Source: an uncultured Candidatus Saccharibacteria bacterium
GTDB taxonomy: Bacteria > Patescibacteriota > WWE3 > UBA101185 > UBA10185
DNA: 33,549 bases
Reading direction: 5' to 3'
Assembly (NCBI GenBank): GCA_964480825.1
Contig: CAYZRJ010000001.1
Span: forward strand, 1-33,549
The notes beneath the pieces are model-generated. The model saw only the letters and a list, made by a program, of their open reading frames with translations. It did no database searches and had not been told where the DNA came from. Below are positions 1-11,500 of the stretch, piece by piece (positions within the stretch are counted from its first letter, which is position 1; each line of letters opens with the position of its first letter). Made by a program: the position numbers and the translations under genes.

Positions 1-809
1 GCACTTGCTTCTCTGTCTTTTAATGCGGCGGGCCCTATGATGATAAAAGAATAATTTGGATGATCTAAAGCAATTTTTTTAACAAGTTCTTTGTCAAATT
101 TATATTCGTCTACGGCTCCTGCAAATACGATTCGAGGTCTTGATATAGACGCGATGTCGGCCGGTATTTGATTGGCGTATTCTTTAACCTTGCTAAATCT
201 TTCGTAATCCCCCACATTTGGCGTGTAAAAAGTTTTTGTATTCAACCTCACAAGTTTGTCAACCAAACCGGGAGCAGTTGCAAAAACTATGTCGGCCTTT
301 TTTGCCAATATTTCTTCTTGTTTTATTACTTTTTCTTTTTTAGAGGCGCTGTCATGTTTTGGAAAAGCCGGATAATTATCTACACAGTCGTAAACTAAAA
401 TATCATGCTTTATGTTGTCTATCATTTCTTGTAGACCTTCCATTTCAACGTGATAAACCCAAAGAATAGTTTTCAGACGTTTGTCAAATTTTTTAACTGC
501 GATTTTTTTTATCTTTTTGGTAAAAAGCTTAATCAGAAATGTATTTGAAGGCGCAAAGTTTAGCGGTGAAAAGATTGTTACACTATCATCACGGTAAATC
601 CATGTTAGTAGTCTTTTCAACGACCATCTGCCGGCTATCAAATGTTTAAAAAACAATCGCCCCGTGTTAATTGGCGGATCCACGAAAAGTACGTTAAAGC
701 CCCGCTTTGCTAAACGGCTCATGACGTGTTTTTTGTTTGTCCATAGGGAGTAATCCCACAATTGATTCGAAAGACATATTATATTGGCTTTTTTATCGGT
801 GTTACGCAT
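1..809 (-). CDS. Glycosyltransferase, GT-B fold (GT4, TuaH-like), N-terminal ~269 aa; the C-terminus runs off the left edge of the window
   Basis: Hand translation of the minus strand from ATG at 809..807 gives MRNTDKKANIICLSNQLWDYSLWTNKKHVMSRLAKRGFNVLFVDPP...ILVYDCVDNYPAF...RPRIVFAGAVDEYKFD... and stays open to position 1. It is absent from the ORF track because there is no in-window stop. The pattern resembles teichuronic-acid-type GT4 enzymes. Confidence 0.65.
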   Translation of the reverse strand, partial: MRNTDKKANIICLSNQLWDYSLWTNKKHVMSRLAKRGFNVLFVDPPINTGRLFFKHLIAGRWSLKRLLTWIYRDDSVTIFSPLNFAPSNTFLIKLFTKKIKKIAVKKFDKRLKTILWVYHVEMEGLQEMIDNIKHDILVYDCVDNYPAFPKHDSASKKEKVIKQEEILAKKADIVFATAPGLVDKLVRLNTKTFYTPNVGDYERFSKVKEYANQIPADIASISRPRIVFAGAVDEYKFDKELVKKIALDHPNYSFIIIGPAALKDREAS

Positions 810-839
810 AAAATCCCTACTATTATATCGCCAATATCT

Positions 840-2207
840 CTATTTAGCACACGTTGGGCAAGCTTTGTCCAAATATCCAGCTTTGACGAGGATTCTACGC
901 GCGTTAAAGGCAAATTCTGAATCTTTTATTGACCAGAGCCATCTTGGGTCCTTAAATCCCCTATCGTACGCGGCGTGCCATATTCCGTCAAAAAAGACTA
1001 TACCGGCGAATTGAACAAATAAAGAAAATAAAATAGTTACAAAAAATACATTCATTGCTTTTTTAGATTGATATTGTTGTAACCACGGTACGATCATTAA
1101 AACAAGAAAAGGAATAACATCTGAGGTCATCCTGTAACCAAACGACCATCCTCCGAACCAATGCTTCCAAAAGCTAATTACTAATGTGTGTAATAAGACA
1201 ATCAGCGAGCAAAGTATAAAAAACGATCGATATTTAGTATCTGCCTTTTTTATGACAGCCCAAATACCAAGCAAAGAAAAAATTAACACAGGACTGTAAA
1301 TTAATATTCCTTTACTTGGGGACAACCAGACTCCAAAAAAACTAATCGGAAAATCACCCAACCAATTTTTAAGTAGCTGGCCGGCATAACCCTGATTTTC
1401 TATACTCACATAATAAGTTGCGTTGTACCAAACAAAAAACAAAAAAGGCAGTGTTAATCCAAAACCAATATGAAAAGATCGCATAATGAAATCCTTATTG
1501 AGCACAATAAACAAAGACAATACTGCCAACGATAGACCGGCTGTCGGTCTGGACAATACAGCGAGTCCGATAAAAAGTCCGTAGTAAAAAAGATCGACAA
1601 ACTTTTTTTGATCACAAAACTTTATATAAAATATTAGTGCCGCGATGGTAAAAAGCTGAACAGTTCCGTGTTGCCACAAACCCTGAGATACTAACGCGTA
1701 GTTGATTGTACAAAAAGCAAATATAAAAGTGAGGATTTTAGATTTTTTATGATCTAGCCCCAAACTTTTATGCAGCAAAATATAAAATAAGCCTACACCA
1801 ACAGCCATAATAAACGAGGAAGAAATGTGAGCCAAAATAGACAGTGTATTCCAATCAAAAGTTACATTCAACAAAATAGCTGTTAAATAAAACGGAATGG
1901 CTAAAATAGGAGTAATAATTGTAAAGGCCGAAACATAATGATCGTTAATTTTTTTTAAATAAAACGGAGTCATACCTAACAAATGTGATCTATCATCCGG
2001 ATTTGGATATCTATCAATCATCATCGGAGCGTATTCATCTAAATAAAGTGATTGGTTTTTTAGTATGGCAAGAGGTAAAAATAGCGCGGGAACAGTATCT
2101 TCTGATTGTATAGGAAGGGAATTTATTTTTGTTGCGTAAACGGCTAACCAAGAAAAGAAAAATACACAAAATGAAATAAAAGTAATTGCGCCAAAAGTCT
2201 TCTTCAT
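840..2207 (-). CDS. Polytopic integral membrane protein, possible GT-C-fold glycosyltransferase (ArnT/PMT-like) or polymerase/ligase-like protein
   Basis: 455-aa ORF with more than 10 hydrophobic helices. An acidic first loop (SEDTVPALFLPLAI...DEYAPMMIDRYPNPDD) follows TM1, as in GT-C enzymes. It sits in a glycan operon. No strict motif was recognised. Confidence 0.45.
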   Translation of the reverse strand: MKKTFGAITFISFCVFFFSWLAVYATKINSLPIQSEDTVPALFLPLAILKNQSLYLDEYAPMMIDRYPNPDDRSHLLGMTPFYLKKINDHYVSAFTIITPILAIPFYLTAILLNVTFDWNTLSILAHISSSFIMAVGVGLFYILLHKSLGLDHKKSKILTFIFAFCTINYALVSQGLWQHGTVQLFTIAALIFYIKFCDQKKFVDLFYYGLFIGLAVLSRPTAGLSLAVLSLFIVLNKDFIMRSFHIGFGLTLPFLFFVWYNATYYVSIENQGYAGQLLKNWLGDFPISFFGVWLSPSKGILIYSPVLIFSLLGIWAVIKKADTKYRSFFILCSLIVLLHTLVISFWKHWFGGWSFGYRMTSDVIPFLVLMIVPWLQQYQSKKAMNVFFVTILFSLFVQFAGIVFFDGIWHAAYDRGFKDPRWLWSIKDSEFAFNARRILVKAGYLDKACPTCAK

Positions 2208-2216
2208 ATATATATT

Positions 2217-2471
2217 CTATCGCCTTTTCTTTTTTGGAGTATGTACAACCGTTTTATGCGCGAATCTAGAAAGTACGGCTTCAAGATTTAACAAAATAAA
2301 AAACAAGAAAACCGCGTTACCAACTTTTTCAGCTGTTGCAAAATCTCCGGAGGCTACAATAAGTACCATTAGCAAAACAAACGGAATTGAGATATAGAAG
2401 ATTAATTTGTATAAATCGATGTAGTAAATTCTAATTATTAAAAATGCAGTGACTGAAAGTATAGTTACCAT
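2217..2471 (-). CDS. Small membrane protein (about 3 TM), partner of the upstream giant membrane protein
   Basis: 84-aa hydrophobic ORF with a basic tail (KKKRR). Its start overlaps the stop of the 1003-aa gene by 7 nt. It shares LYKL and A-x-G-(D/R)-x-A patches with the 110-aa ORF at 8229..8561, which occupies the same position after the 1170-aa paralog. Confidence 0.5.
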   Translation of the reverse strand: MVTILSVTAFLIIRIYYIDLYKLIFYISIPFVLLMVLIVASGDFATAEKVGNAVFLFFILLNLEAVLSRFAHKTVVHTPKKKRR

Positions 2472-5400
2472 TTTTTCCTTACTAACCCGGCTATTATTGC
2501 TATAAGAGCCAAGGTAAATAAAATTCTTATTTTAATTTCGGGTAAAAACACAACGGCGTATACTTCGTTTTGTGTATCAAGTTTCCACGCGTTAGAGTAA
2601 TATTCAATGTTTACGGGTTCTTTTCCGGAAAAAGCTTTGAGTCCTATCTTTAATCCTAAAAGTTTTTGATTAATAAATGACCCGGTATCTGCTTTTAGCC
2701 AGTCACCGTTTTTTAAATTGACTAATCTCCAACCGTCGTTATAAGCGTTTTTAAATTGCAGGTAACTGCCTTGTGCCGAAGGGCTCACCTTTGTAAGCAC
2801 GATGGTATCGTCAATACGTTTTTGTTCTGCGGATGTTACAGTGTTATTCTCTAGGTTTTCAAAACTCTCTTTTCTGATTAAAAATACGTCGGGATGATAA
2901 ATTGCAAAAAATCGCAATGATGTCAAATCTAAGCTGTCTTCGGTCACAGTGTCACGGGCGGTTCCTCCGCCACGTGGTTCGGGCTTTTTTATCACTACGT
3001 AGTATTCAGCATTTATCGCGGTATCTAAGAAATCAGTTTTCTGAAGAATCGGAGTCAACTGCCCATCTAATTGCGGTATTACTCCGCCGGCCAGCAAGGA
3101 TTCGCTGGCTATATCAATATCACGTTGAACTGTAAAAATACTAAAACCGCTATTTCCAACATACTTTCCTAATAAAAGAATCAAATGGGCAATGTTTGGA
3201 TCATAACCATCGAGTTTTTTGTAGTATGCTTTTTCCGTGGTGCTCAAATCTAATTTTGTACCCTTAACCAATCTTTTTTCATAGTTTTGAGAATCGACTC
3301 TTTGTAGTAAAGTCCAATCATTTTCCATATTAACCTCAACCGGTGATTTTATTTTTAGCTCAATATAAGAACCCGTGTTAAGTTCAAATAGTTTAATTCC
3401 GTTTGCCGCCATGATTGCGCCGGAAGCTGTATCTATATTTATCTCTTTAATAAAATCGTATTTATCGCCGATAAAACCGAAATAGCTATCCTTTTTTATA
3501 TCTTTTAGGCTAAATATTTCTGAGGTACCGTCTGCTGTCCAGCTTTCTTTGTCTTCCTTCACGATGAAAGAGTTAAATCTTTGAGTATCGTCGCTAAACA
3601 CAAAGTATGCCGTATCAGGAACAAGTAACTTTAAAAGTTCGTAGTTTATTATCTCCGCAGAATTTATCCATAACAATTTATTTTCAGGAATTACCGAAAA
3701 ATCAGTCAGTTTTTTATCTTCTGAAATAAAATCGTATAAATCAATTTTGTCAAAAACTGCAGATGCAAAGCGTAGATAATTTTCATTCATGAAGTTTCGC
3801 TTCTCTAAAAAACGAGAGTAAGAGGTGTCCGCCTGAAAAATCAATCCGGATAGATTGTATCTTTCGGCGTGGGTTGAAATCCATTTTGGGTCCTGAAAAA
3901 TTTTGTTGTAAATGTAACGTATAACGCGCTGGGAGCCTTGGTTTAATATGTAACTGCTAACAGGGTTTATCGTTCGCGCGTCGGTAAAAAGTAGATAAGG
4001 ATTACCTATGTATCCCGATGGCCATATATATCTATCTGTCATACCGTTTGATGGAAAAAGAAGATAGTAGCCGCTGTTTGGCTTCCAGTTTGATATAAAG
4101 TCTTTCCAGTACGAAGGCATTTCGATTTCGTACGAACGCACGTCACGATCATTTACAGCCCACACTACACTTCCGTTTAAAAACGGGTATCCTACCGCAA
4201 AAAAGCAGGCAGATAGAGAAACTAAAATTAGTATGCTTGCGTTTTTTATATTGGCTAAAAGTTTAGAGAGATAAACATAACCAAGCAATATCAAAGGCAC
4301 CGATGTCGCCGAAACTACGGGCATAAACTTTGCATAAGGTTCGCGAAAAACCCAAAAAAACGGAAAGTTCAAATACATAAACTCGTAAACACCGCCCAAA
4401 ATTCCCGAAGCCCCTTTAGATAAAAAGGTGAAGATACAAAATATAAATAAGATAAAGATAAAAAATTCGTCGCGGATCGAAAGTTCTTTTCGTAATTTTA
4501 TAATAGTTATTAAATAGTAGGCACCAAGGATTATAAAAATAAACGGAATATATCTTAAAAATAAAAGCGGAAATGTATCGTAAGCTTTGTAGTAAGGGAA
4601 ATAATAATAATCGTAACCATAAATCTTTTCTCTAAACGCCCAGCTACCAAACTGGCTTAAAACATCGTTTATACGTGAACTTGCAACGGCAGTAAAAGTT
4701 GAAGAGGTTGTTTTTATTAAATCACTTCTCGAAAGCGTTTCTTGCATTACCGGCATTAACCACCACAGAGAAACAATTACACAAAATATACTTAAATACA
4801 CCGAGGATATTAAAAAGTTTTTGTAGTTTTTATCCAGAATCAGATATTTATAAGCCAATCCCAACCCGATTAACGCAATGATAACTACTCCTGCGGGTAA
4901 GTTTACAAATACGGGTGAAGCTAAAAATATAATAATAGAAAAATTAAACATTTGTCTTACCATTACATTTTTTTGTTTAAAAACTGTATATAAAATATTT
5001 AACACAACAGGAAGCGCGATAAATATTATTCGGGGCGGAGTCAAAAACGGAGAGATATTAAGAAAAAAAGGATTATATACGTAGTAAATGGTTGCGACAA
5101 ACAAAGCAAATCCGGACACGCTTTTTTCGAAAACTTTTTCTAAAAAAAGATAGCAAACAACTGCTGTTGCCGCCCATAAAAAAACGTACCAAATAATTTG
5201 AGCCGAGTAGGCTGATAAACCCATGTGATCAAACAGAAAAAAGAAAAATGCCTGTACTTTAAGAGGAATGAGTATAGAAGGCTCACCGTAATTTAAATAT
5301 GGTTCCCACGCCTTACCAAAAATTCCAATCCATTTTGCGTAGTTTAAAGCGTAAAACTCTTCGCCCGCGATTAATTTTCCATGAAACCACGATAAAGGCA

Positions 5401-5476
5401 CCAAGCCTAGCAGACCGGAGAGGATTAAAAAAATTTTATATTCGTATTTTTTTATTAACGCCATTAGACTGATCAT
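2465..5476 (-). CDS. Giant polytopic membrane protein, YfhO/AftD-like (GT-C-type architecture): N-terminal multi-TM domain, large extracytoplasmic domain, C-terminal TM anchor
   Basis: 1003-aa ORF. The first ~430 aa are many TM helices, followed by a soluble domain. The C-terminal patch reads ...NDGWRLVNLKNGDW...NIEYYSNAWKL... and ends in the anchor ILFTLALIAIIAGLVRKKW. It is a paralog of 8554..12066 (NSGWRVYKR...INGYSNGWVI...). Confidence 0.6.
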   Translation of the reverse strand: MISLMALIKKYEYKIFLILSGLLGLVPLSWFHGKLIAGEEFYALNYAKWIGIFGKAWEPYLNYGEPSILIPLKVQAFFFFLFDHMGLSAYSAQIIWYVFLWAATAVVCYLFLEKVFEKSVSGFALFVATIYYVYNPFFLNISPFLTPPRIIFIALPVVLNILYTVFKQKNVMVRQMFNFSIIIFLASPVFVNLPAGVVIIALIGLGLAYKYLILDKNYKNFLISSVYLSIFCVIVSLWWLMPVMQETLSRSDLIKTTSSTFTAVASSRINDVLSQFGSWAFREKIYGYDYYYFPYYKAYDTFPLLFLRYIPFIFIILGAYYLITIIKLRKELSIRDEFFIFILFIFCIFTFLSKGASGILGGVYEFMYLNFPFFWVFREPYAKFMPVVSATSVPLILLGYVYLSKLLANIKNASILILVSLSACFFAVGYPFLNGSVVWAVNDRDVRSYEIEMPSYWKDFISNWKPNSGYYLLFPSNGMTDRYIWPSGYIGNPYLLFTDARTINPVSSYILNQGSQRVIRYIYNKIFQDPKWISTHAERYNLSGLIFQADTSYSRFLEKRNFMNENYLRFASAVFDKIDLYDFISEDKKLTDFSVIPENKLLWINSAEIINYELLKLLVPDTAYFVFSDDTQRFNSFIVKEDKESWTADGTSEIFSLKDIKKDSYFGFIGDKYDFIKEINIDTASGAIMAANGIKLFELNTGSYIELKIKSPVEVNMENDWTLLQRVDSQNYEKRLVKGTKLDLSTTEKAYYKKLDGYDPNIAHLILLLGKYVGNSGFSIFTVQRDIDIASESLLAGGVIPQLDGQLTPILQKTDFLDTAINAEYYVVIKKPEPRGGGTARDTVTEDSLDLTSLRFFAIYHPDVFLIRKESFENLENNTVTSAEQKRIDDTIVLTKVSPSAQGSYLQFKNAYNDGWRLVNLKNGDWLKADTGSFINQKLLGLKIGLKAFSGKEPVNIEYYSNAWKLDTQNEVYAVVFLPEIKIRILFTLALIAIIAGLVRKKW

Positions 5477-6635
5477 ATTTATCTAGATGATTTTTCACCA
5501 GATCATCAACTATTATCTCTTTATCTACCGACTTTGCCCAGTCTAAAGCTTTATTTGTCATCGTTTCGTAGAGCCGGTCATCGGACATAAGTTTTAAGAG
5601 AGGTTCTAATGCATCCCAAGGTTCATTTACTGCAATTCCTGCTCCCCTATCCACCATTTCAAGTGATGTGGGAGTGGTTTTATCTGAAACTGTCGGTATT
5701 CCTAATGCCGCGTATTCACGAATTTTCAACGAATCACCAAAATTAACATGGGAGTACGATTTATCGTAAAAAGCTAAACCGATCCAAGAGTTTGATATTG
5801 CTTTGGTGTTGTCGTGCCTAGATAGCTGGCCTTTTAGAGTAATTTTATTGGCAAAAGATTTCATTTCTAAATATTTTTTAACTTCGTCGTATTCTTCCGG
5901 TTCAAAAACGAAACTTCCGATTATTGTTAAAGTGGCATCGGGAAATTTTATTAAAATTTTTTCTAACAAATCTATTGTTTCTATGATCCTGTATTTTCTG
6001 GATACTCCCGCGCACGTTACAACAAGCTTGTTTCGTATTCTTTGATCCTGTGGTTTTATATATTGCTGATAATCAGATACGCACGGGCTATTTGGAATAT
6101 AAAATAAATTTCTCACACCTTTTTCGTGTAGTATTGCTTCGATTCTTTTTGTGACACATCCAACCAAATTTGCGTTTAACAAGCTAAAATTCAAGAAAGA
6201 TCTATACACAAAGTTAATTATTTTGTTTGGAAATCGTTTTTCAGAATAATCGGTACAGTGATAATAGACGTATTTAATCAAGCCCAGTTTCTTTAATATA
6301 ATAGCCGGAGCTGTTGTAAGCGGATCTGATGTTATACACAAAAGATTGTTTGATTTGTACTTTATAGGCAGGTATAAAAGTATAAAAATTTCGTGAAGTC
6401 TTGCCAAAAGAGAGTGTTTAAAAAGTAATCTGATTTTCTGTATTTCTTTGGTTTCGGCTACGGATCGTAGGGATACCGTTATATAAGGGTAAACCGCCGG
6501 TAGTAACGGGGACTCGATATACAAGATATTTTTACCTCTTTTCATTAATTCGTCCAAAACTATGTCTAATCCGCCTGATTTAGGTTGTCCGTTATCATAA
6601 AGTCTGTGAATTAAAACTGCGTAGTCGTGTTTCAT
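5436..6635 (-). CDS. Glycosyltransferase, GT-B fold, GT4 family
   Basis: 399-aa ORF with the C-terminal GT4 signature ...GDSLKIREYAALGIPTVSD...AGIAV.... It is a clear paralog of 13264..14394 (AVLIHRLYDNGQPKSGGLD versus VFLIHRIYKNGIMKKGGAD; SLKIREYAA in both). Confidence 0.8.
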   Translation of the reverse strand: MKHDYAVLIHRLYDNGQPKSGGLDIVLDELMKRGKNILYIESPLLPAVYPYITVSLRSVAETKEIQKIRLLFKHSLLARLHEIFILLYLPIKYKSNNLLCITSDPLTTAPAIILKKLGLIKYVYYHCTDYSEKRFPNKIINFVYRSFLNFSLLNANLVGCVTKRIEAILHEKGVRNLFYIPNSPCVSDYQQYIKPQDQRIRNKLVVTCAGVSRKYRIIETIDLLEKILIKFPDATLTIIGSFVFEPEEYDEVKKYLEMKSFANKITLKGQLSRHDNTKAISNSWIGLAFYDKSYSHVNFGDSLKIREYAALGIPTVSDKTTPTSLEMVDRGAGIAVNEPWDALEPLLKLMSDDRLYETMTNKALDWAKSVDKEIIVDDLVKNHLDKYDQSNGVNKKIRI

Positions 6636-8239
6636 TTAATTCTTAGCAAATAAGTATCAGGAAATTCCTTTTCTGACACGATCAGATCAGATGTAAAAAG
6701 CTCCTCTGGTAATGCTAAGCCCTCCTTATAAAATACTATGTAATCTACACCTATATCCTTAGCTTCTGCTATACCAGATGGGCTTAGAAGATTTTTGGTA
6801 AATACGTTTGCGTCAAAACCGTTAGTCTTGAGGTCTCGTGGATTTATAAATCCCCTTTCGTATACGGGCATCCAATAAAGCGCCACATTGCTTTTTGAAT
6901 ACGGATAAACGGCTATTATGGAATCGGTCGGCGTTGATTTAGCAATATAAGTGTAAATATCAGGTGTAGACGCTACGTTAGTAACGTGCACAGGAATTAT
7001 CATTTGTGCTACATTAAACAACGTAAAAAAGATGAGTAAAGTCATAAGCAAGCGTCTACTTATTTTTTGGGATAAATCAAGCATAAAAAATCCAGCAAGT
7101 TGCAGTATCGAAAAGTACATTAATATGCCTACACGCGCCGTGACTCTGAATACCTTAATATAAGCGTACATTAAATATCCAGGTAAATAAATTTTATACC
7201 CACTAAGAGTAAAAAAAGGCGGCGTACTTAGTAGAAAAGCTACTAGCAAAAACATTAATAAAATTACTATGTACATTTGTTTTTGTGGAGCAATACTTTT
7301 CCAAGATTTACTAACTTTTATTACGTATAGAGTGGCTAATATTAACGGAATCCAGCCAAAAAAAGTTGCGGAGTGTTCTGCGGGAACGTAGTTGTTAAAT
7401 AGGAAATAGTTCGTTGAACTCAACTTTTCTATAACCTGTCTGGTCAGTGTACCGAAAATCGGGTTTTTTATACTTGGTAGCACATAGAACCAGGGGCGAG
7501 CTGAAAAGTAAAAAAGGTCCTCCATTGGACGGACAACTTGGTAAGCCTCTGATCCATTAGTTGAAATATTTAGATAAGACGTTTTGATATAAGGTAGCAA
7601 GTATAAAATCAAAACAATAAAGGTAGCGATAAAAAGAGCGCCGTAGTTTTTGATAATGTTAAATAATGCTTTTTTATAACCAATTTGCAGCGCTATTTGA
7701 GAGATAAAGGATGATATAACAAAAAGAATTAAAAAAAAGCCAAGATAATTTGAAATTAAGCAGAAAATTGCCAAAAGCAAACCAGTTTTAAAATACATAA
7801 AAGTTTTATTTGTAGTTATCGCGAACAGTATGTAGTCAAAAAAGACTGGAATAACCCACACTTGTGTTAGAGCCAAATGGTTGCTCATTTTTTCTAAAAA
7901 GTATGTCGAGAAAACAAAACAGACGGCTATAAATATAGAAATTTCTTTAGTAAACCAACGACTAGATAAACGATAAGTAAAATACACCGTCAATACAGAC
8001 GATAGAATTATTAATAAGTTAAATGCAAAAATAGGCTGTGTCAGCGATGACAAAACGTCAAAAAATCTCCAGATAATAAATTCGTTGTTATTGTTATAAA
8101 CGTTGCCACCAAAAGGAGCACCGTATAAAGGAGAGAAATCCGATGTTCCACCCATAAATCTATGGTAGTTGTGTTTCCACCAAAACCACCAAAAACTATA
8201 TATTTGATCGCTGTAGGATCCAAAAAAATTAGTCCACAT
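6632..8239 (-). CDS. Polytopic integral membrane protein, possible GT-C-like glycosyltransferase
   Basis: 535-aa ORF with a Trp-rich N-terminus (YSFWWFWWKHNY), more than 10 TM helices and a ~110-aa soluble C-terminal domain. There is a 4-nt overlap with the downstream GT4 gene at 5436..6635. Confidence 0.45.
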   Translation of the reverse strand: MWTNFFGSYSDQIYSFWWFWWKHNYHRFMGGTSDFSPLYGAPFGGNVYNNNNEFIIWRFFDVLSSLTQPIFAFNLLIILSSVLTVYFTYRLSSRWFTKEISIFIAVCFVFSTYFLEKMSNHLALTQVWVIPVFFDYILFAITTNKTFMYFKTGLLLAIFCLISNYLGFFLILFVISSFISQIALQIGYKKALFNIIKNYGALFIATFIVLILYLLPYIKTSYLNISTNGSEAYQVVRPMEDLFYFSARPWFYVLPSIKNPIFGTLTRQVIEKLSSTNYFLFNNYVPAEHSATFFGWIPLILATLYVIKVSKSWKSIAPQKQMYIVILLMFLLVAFLLSTPPFFTLSGYKIYLPGYLMYAYIKVFRVTARVGILMYFSILQLAGFFMLDLSQKISRRLLMTLLIFFTLFNVAQMIIPVHVTNVASTPDIYTYIAKSTPTDSIIAVYPYSKSNVALYWMPVYERGFINPRDLKTNGFDANVFTKNLLSPSGIAEAKDIGVDYIVFYKEGLALPEELFTSDLIVSEKEFPDTYLLRIK

Positions 8240-8561
8240 TTCTATACCAAAGTAATTTTTTAATTATTTGCACAACGAAAACATAAAATACAAACGTGGC
8301 GAGGTATGTCACGTGAGCAGTAAGATTTAAAGTCATAAACACTGGAATTAAAAATACAAATGCTATTGTAAATATTAAAACCAAATTGTTTTTAAACGCA
8401 TCTCTACCTGCCGCCATATTCCATATGATTACTATAAAAAAATCCAACAAATCTAACTTATATAATTCGAGTGTTGGCGCGATGAGTGAAATTGCCGTAA
8501 ACAACAAAAAGATCAAATTGCTTTCAAGCGCGTTATTTATCTTTGATAAAAACTTAGACAT
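8229..8561 (-). CDS. Small membrane protein (3-4 TM), partner of the upstream giant membrane protein
   Basis: 110-aa hydrophobic ORF. It overlaps the stop of the 1170-aa gene by 8 nt and the start of the 535-aa gene by 11 nt. It is positionally and weakly sequence-equivalent to 2217..2471. Confidence 0.5.
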   Translation of the reverse strand: MSKFLSKINNALESNLIFLLFTAISLIAPTLELYKLDLLDFFIVIIWNMAAGRDAFKNNLVLIFTIAFVFLIPVFMTLNLTAHVTYLATFVFYVFVVQIIKKLLWYRNVD

Positions 8562-11500
8562 GGTTAACTTTTTTCCTGTTCAAAAATAAGAAACCCGAGC
8601 AAATGAGCAGACTTACCGTTGATAGGTATGTACCGATTATCAATAATTTTTGAGGCCAAAACTCTACAATCAATTTGGAAGTGGCACCATGATTGGTCTC
8701 GTCAACGGGTATAACCCAACCATTAGAATAACCATTTATCTTGTGGTGCTTGTTGTTTGCTATTGCCACCACTTTATCACCTTGGCGCTTATAAACTCTC
8801 CAACCACTATTAAAGGTTTCACTCAACACTAACATGTACGGTTCAGTACTGTTAACAACTTCTACTTCGTAACGTACCGGGCTAATTTTTTTCACACGTG
8901 TCATTTCTGGTTTCACAATGGCTAACTCATCGATGGGTAAATCTTTTAGCTTTAATACTGCGCTAGGTTTAATAATTTTTCGAATTGTTAAATTTTTAAT
9001 TTGAATGTCTCCAAAAAAACTATCTCCTGTAGAACCACTTAAAAATAAATATGCCGAATGCGATTCACGTGACGAATCAAAGTCTCTTTCATAGTGGCGC
9101 CAACTGCCAGTAGATGCCTGATCGACAGAGTTCTTTATTTCTTGCTTAAACGCAACATTTTTTACAAATTGCAAGGCCTGCTCGTTTTGATTTGTACTCA
9201 AAACATGTTCGAAAGCAGATTTACTATCTTCGATAACCGCTAAAACTGCCCTTCCCTCGACTATTTTGTAATCAAACAAAATACGATATTTCTCTCCAGG
9301 TTCCCAATTCTCTATCTCTTTATATCGTGGGTTTATGTTTGTAATAAATTGTGGCTTCAAAAAGACGCTCTCATTATCAGTCGAGAAACTTTGATATTCA
9401 TTCCAGTTACCTTGGGGAACCAGATTTTTGTTTTCTGACGACAGCATATTCAAAAATATATACTCGGACGATTTTAGAGGAATATCAACTAGCTTATATT
9501 GGTACCCTTCGTCTATTAAACTAGTGGTCAACTTAATTTTATTTTTAACCGCATCAACCAAATAAATTTCAGGTACAAGCGTTTTAATTTCGCCGAGATA
9601 ACTTTTGTCTATATAGAGCTCGTAAATACCGTCTAGTGGAACTTTAAGTTTGTAACAAAACGCTCCAACCATACAATAGTTATTGGTGTCAATCCACTCA
9701 GTAAACGATTTTTTAACACCAGAAAATAGTTTCTCCAGCTCGGGTGTTTGTGAATAATCTTCCGATACGCGTAACAAATATGATTTCACCCTAACCACTG
9801 CTTTATAAAAGTTGTCTTCCCTATCAGATAAGGGTATTTCATTAAGTGTGTTAATAATTTCACTTACTTTGTCTTTATATTGCCTTGCTAATCCATCATT
9901 CAAGTTTGGCGCTAACATGTCTAATTCAGACGCCCGCATCACAGCATGCATGAGTTTGATATTTATCAAACTATACTTGTCGAACGCTTTTAATTCCGCA
10001 GCGGCTTCACGATATATTTCGAGTCTAAAAGATACCGAATCTGGTACATTTGTAGATTTTGGCCACGGCCAATTGCTATTCCAAGTCAAGTTATCATTTG
10101 CGTAATTACCCGAAACCATTTTAGTGTAAAAAATCGTATCCAAATTGTATTTTCCTACATCGTCCATATTTTTTAGAAAAACGAATGCGCTTTTCGGCGT
10201 GTATTGTGAGTTTAATAATACGTGAGGTAACGAACTCGGGTTTCCATATATACCCACTACTTTCTTAGGAATGTACAGAGATTCTAATCTGTTACTTGGA
10301 TTTAACTCAAAAGTTTGTAATAACGGGGTTTCGTAAATTTTTGTTAGAACCCCTGCTTCTTCAAGCTCTTTGACTTTATCATACGTTTGATGGATAAATT
10401 TATCATCAACATCCAAATGGTAAATAATATTTGAAACATTAAACAAACTTAACAATCTTGTATACCACACAGGATCGTACTTTTTATAGGAAAAATCCTC
10501 CGATGGATTCCATCCGTCGGTTAAGAATTGCGATGCGTTTTGCGATATTATCGGTTGATTAAATAAATTATCAGCAGCGCTCACCCCAATCATTTTCCAT
10601 TTTGGATAATACACCCACGCAAATGTGTTGATGTTCGCGTATGGTAAGCTCTGAATTTTTTCCGCAGGTGAAACGTTAGCATTAAGATAGTTGGCAGTAT
10701 CATAGTAATCTTTGGGTATTCTTATGAGGCTTGAGAATTCCGCGGTTAAATAGGTGTTCCTTTCGTCAAACGTTATACTAAACCTTTTTTGTATGCCTCC
10801 CATAAAAAACGGAAGCGGTGCAAGCAAACATAACACCAAAGCCAGAACCATGAATGGACGTTTTTTTCCTTGAAACCAAGTTTCCGAAATCATCCCATAC
10901 ACTGGAGCGAATACCAAAAAAGGCCAAAATATTGCTACTTTTTCATAACTTCTTAGGGTTGCAAGTAGCGGAAGTTGATACAGCTTTAAAGTGGCTTGTC
11001 CAAACGGCGCCTGCGTTTTTTTAAGTAGCACGGCAAATATGATCGTGATTACGAGTAGTGCGATTGATAATTTGTAGTTCTTTTTGTCCGAGTCAGTGAT
11101 CGGTTTTACCGTGAGCAAATAAAGTAAAACAAGTATAGGGATAAAAGCAAATAAAAAAACACTATCGTAATCATATTTATAAGGGAAAAAGTTCTTATAC
11201 TCAGGTAGTCCCATGAAAATTGAAGCCAAGTTTGCTGACTGCGTTTCTAACCATGCCAATAAATCAAATATACCTTCCGTAATTGTTACCAGGCCATCTC
11301 TTGCAAAATAGATCGTGGGCAATAGCCACGTCGAAAGCGCCAAAATGGATAAAAATCCCGAAATGACCAATCTTTTTATTAAAACTAAAGGTGACAAAGT
11401 AAGTTTAGAAATTGCAAGCACAACTAAGAAAAGTATCAAAAAAAGCGCGAGTGACACAAAAAACGCGCTATTTGTAAATCCTGGAATGCTCCCTAGCAAA

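Noticed and set aside
8041-8223. Minus-strand 60-aa ORF inside 6632..8239, and the similar internal ORF 17383..17613 inside the SDR gene
   Set aside because: Both are out-of-frame internal ORFs of well-supported longer genes.
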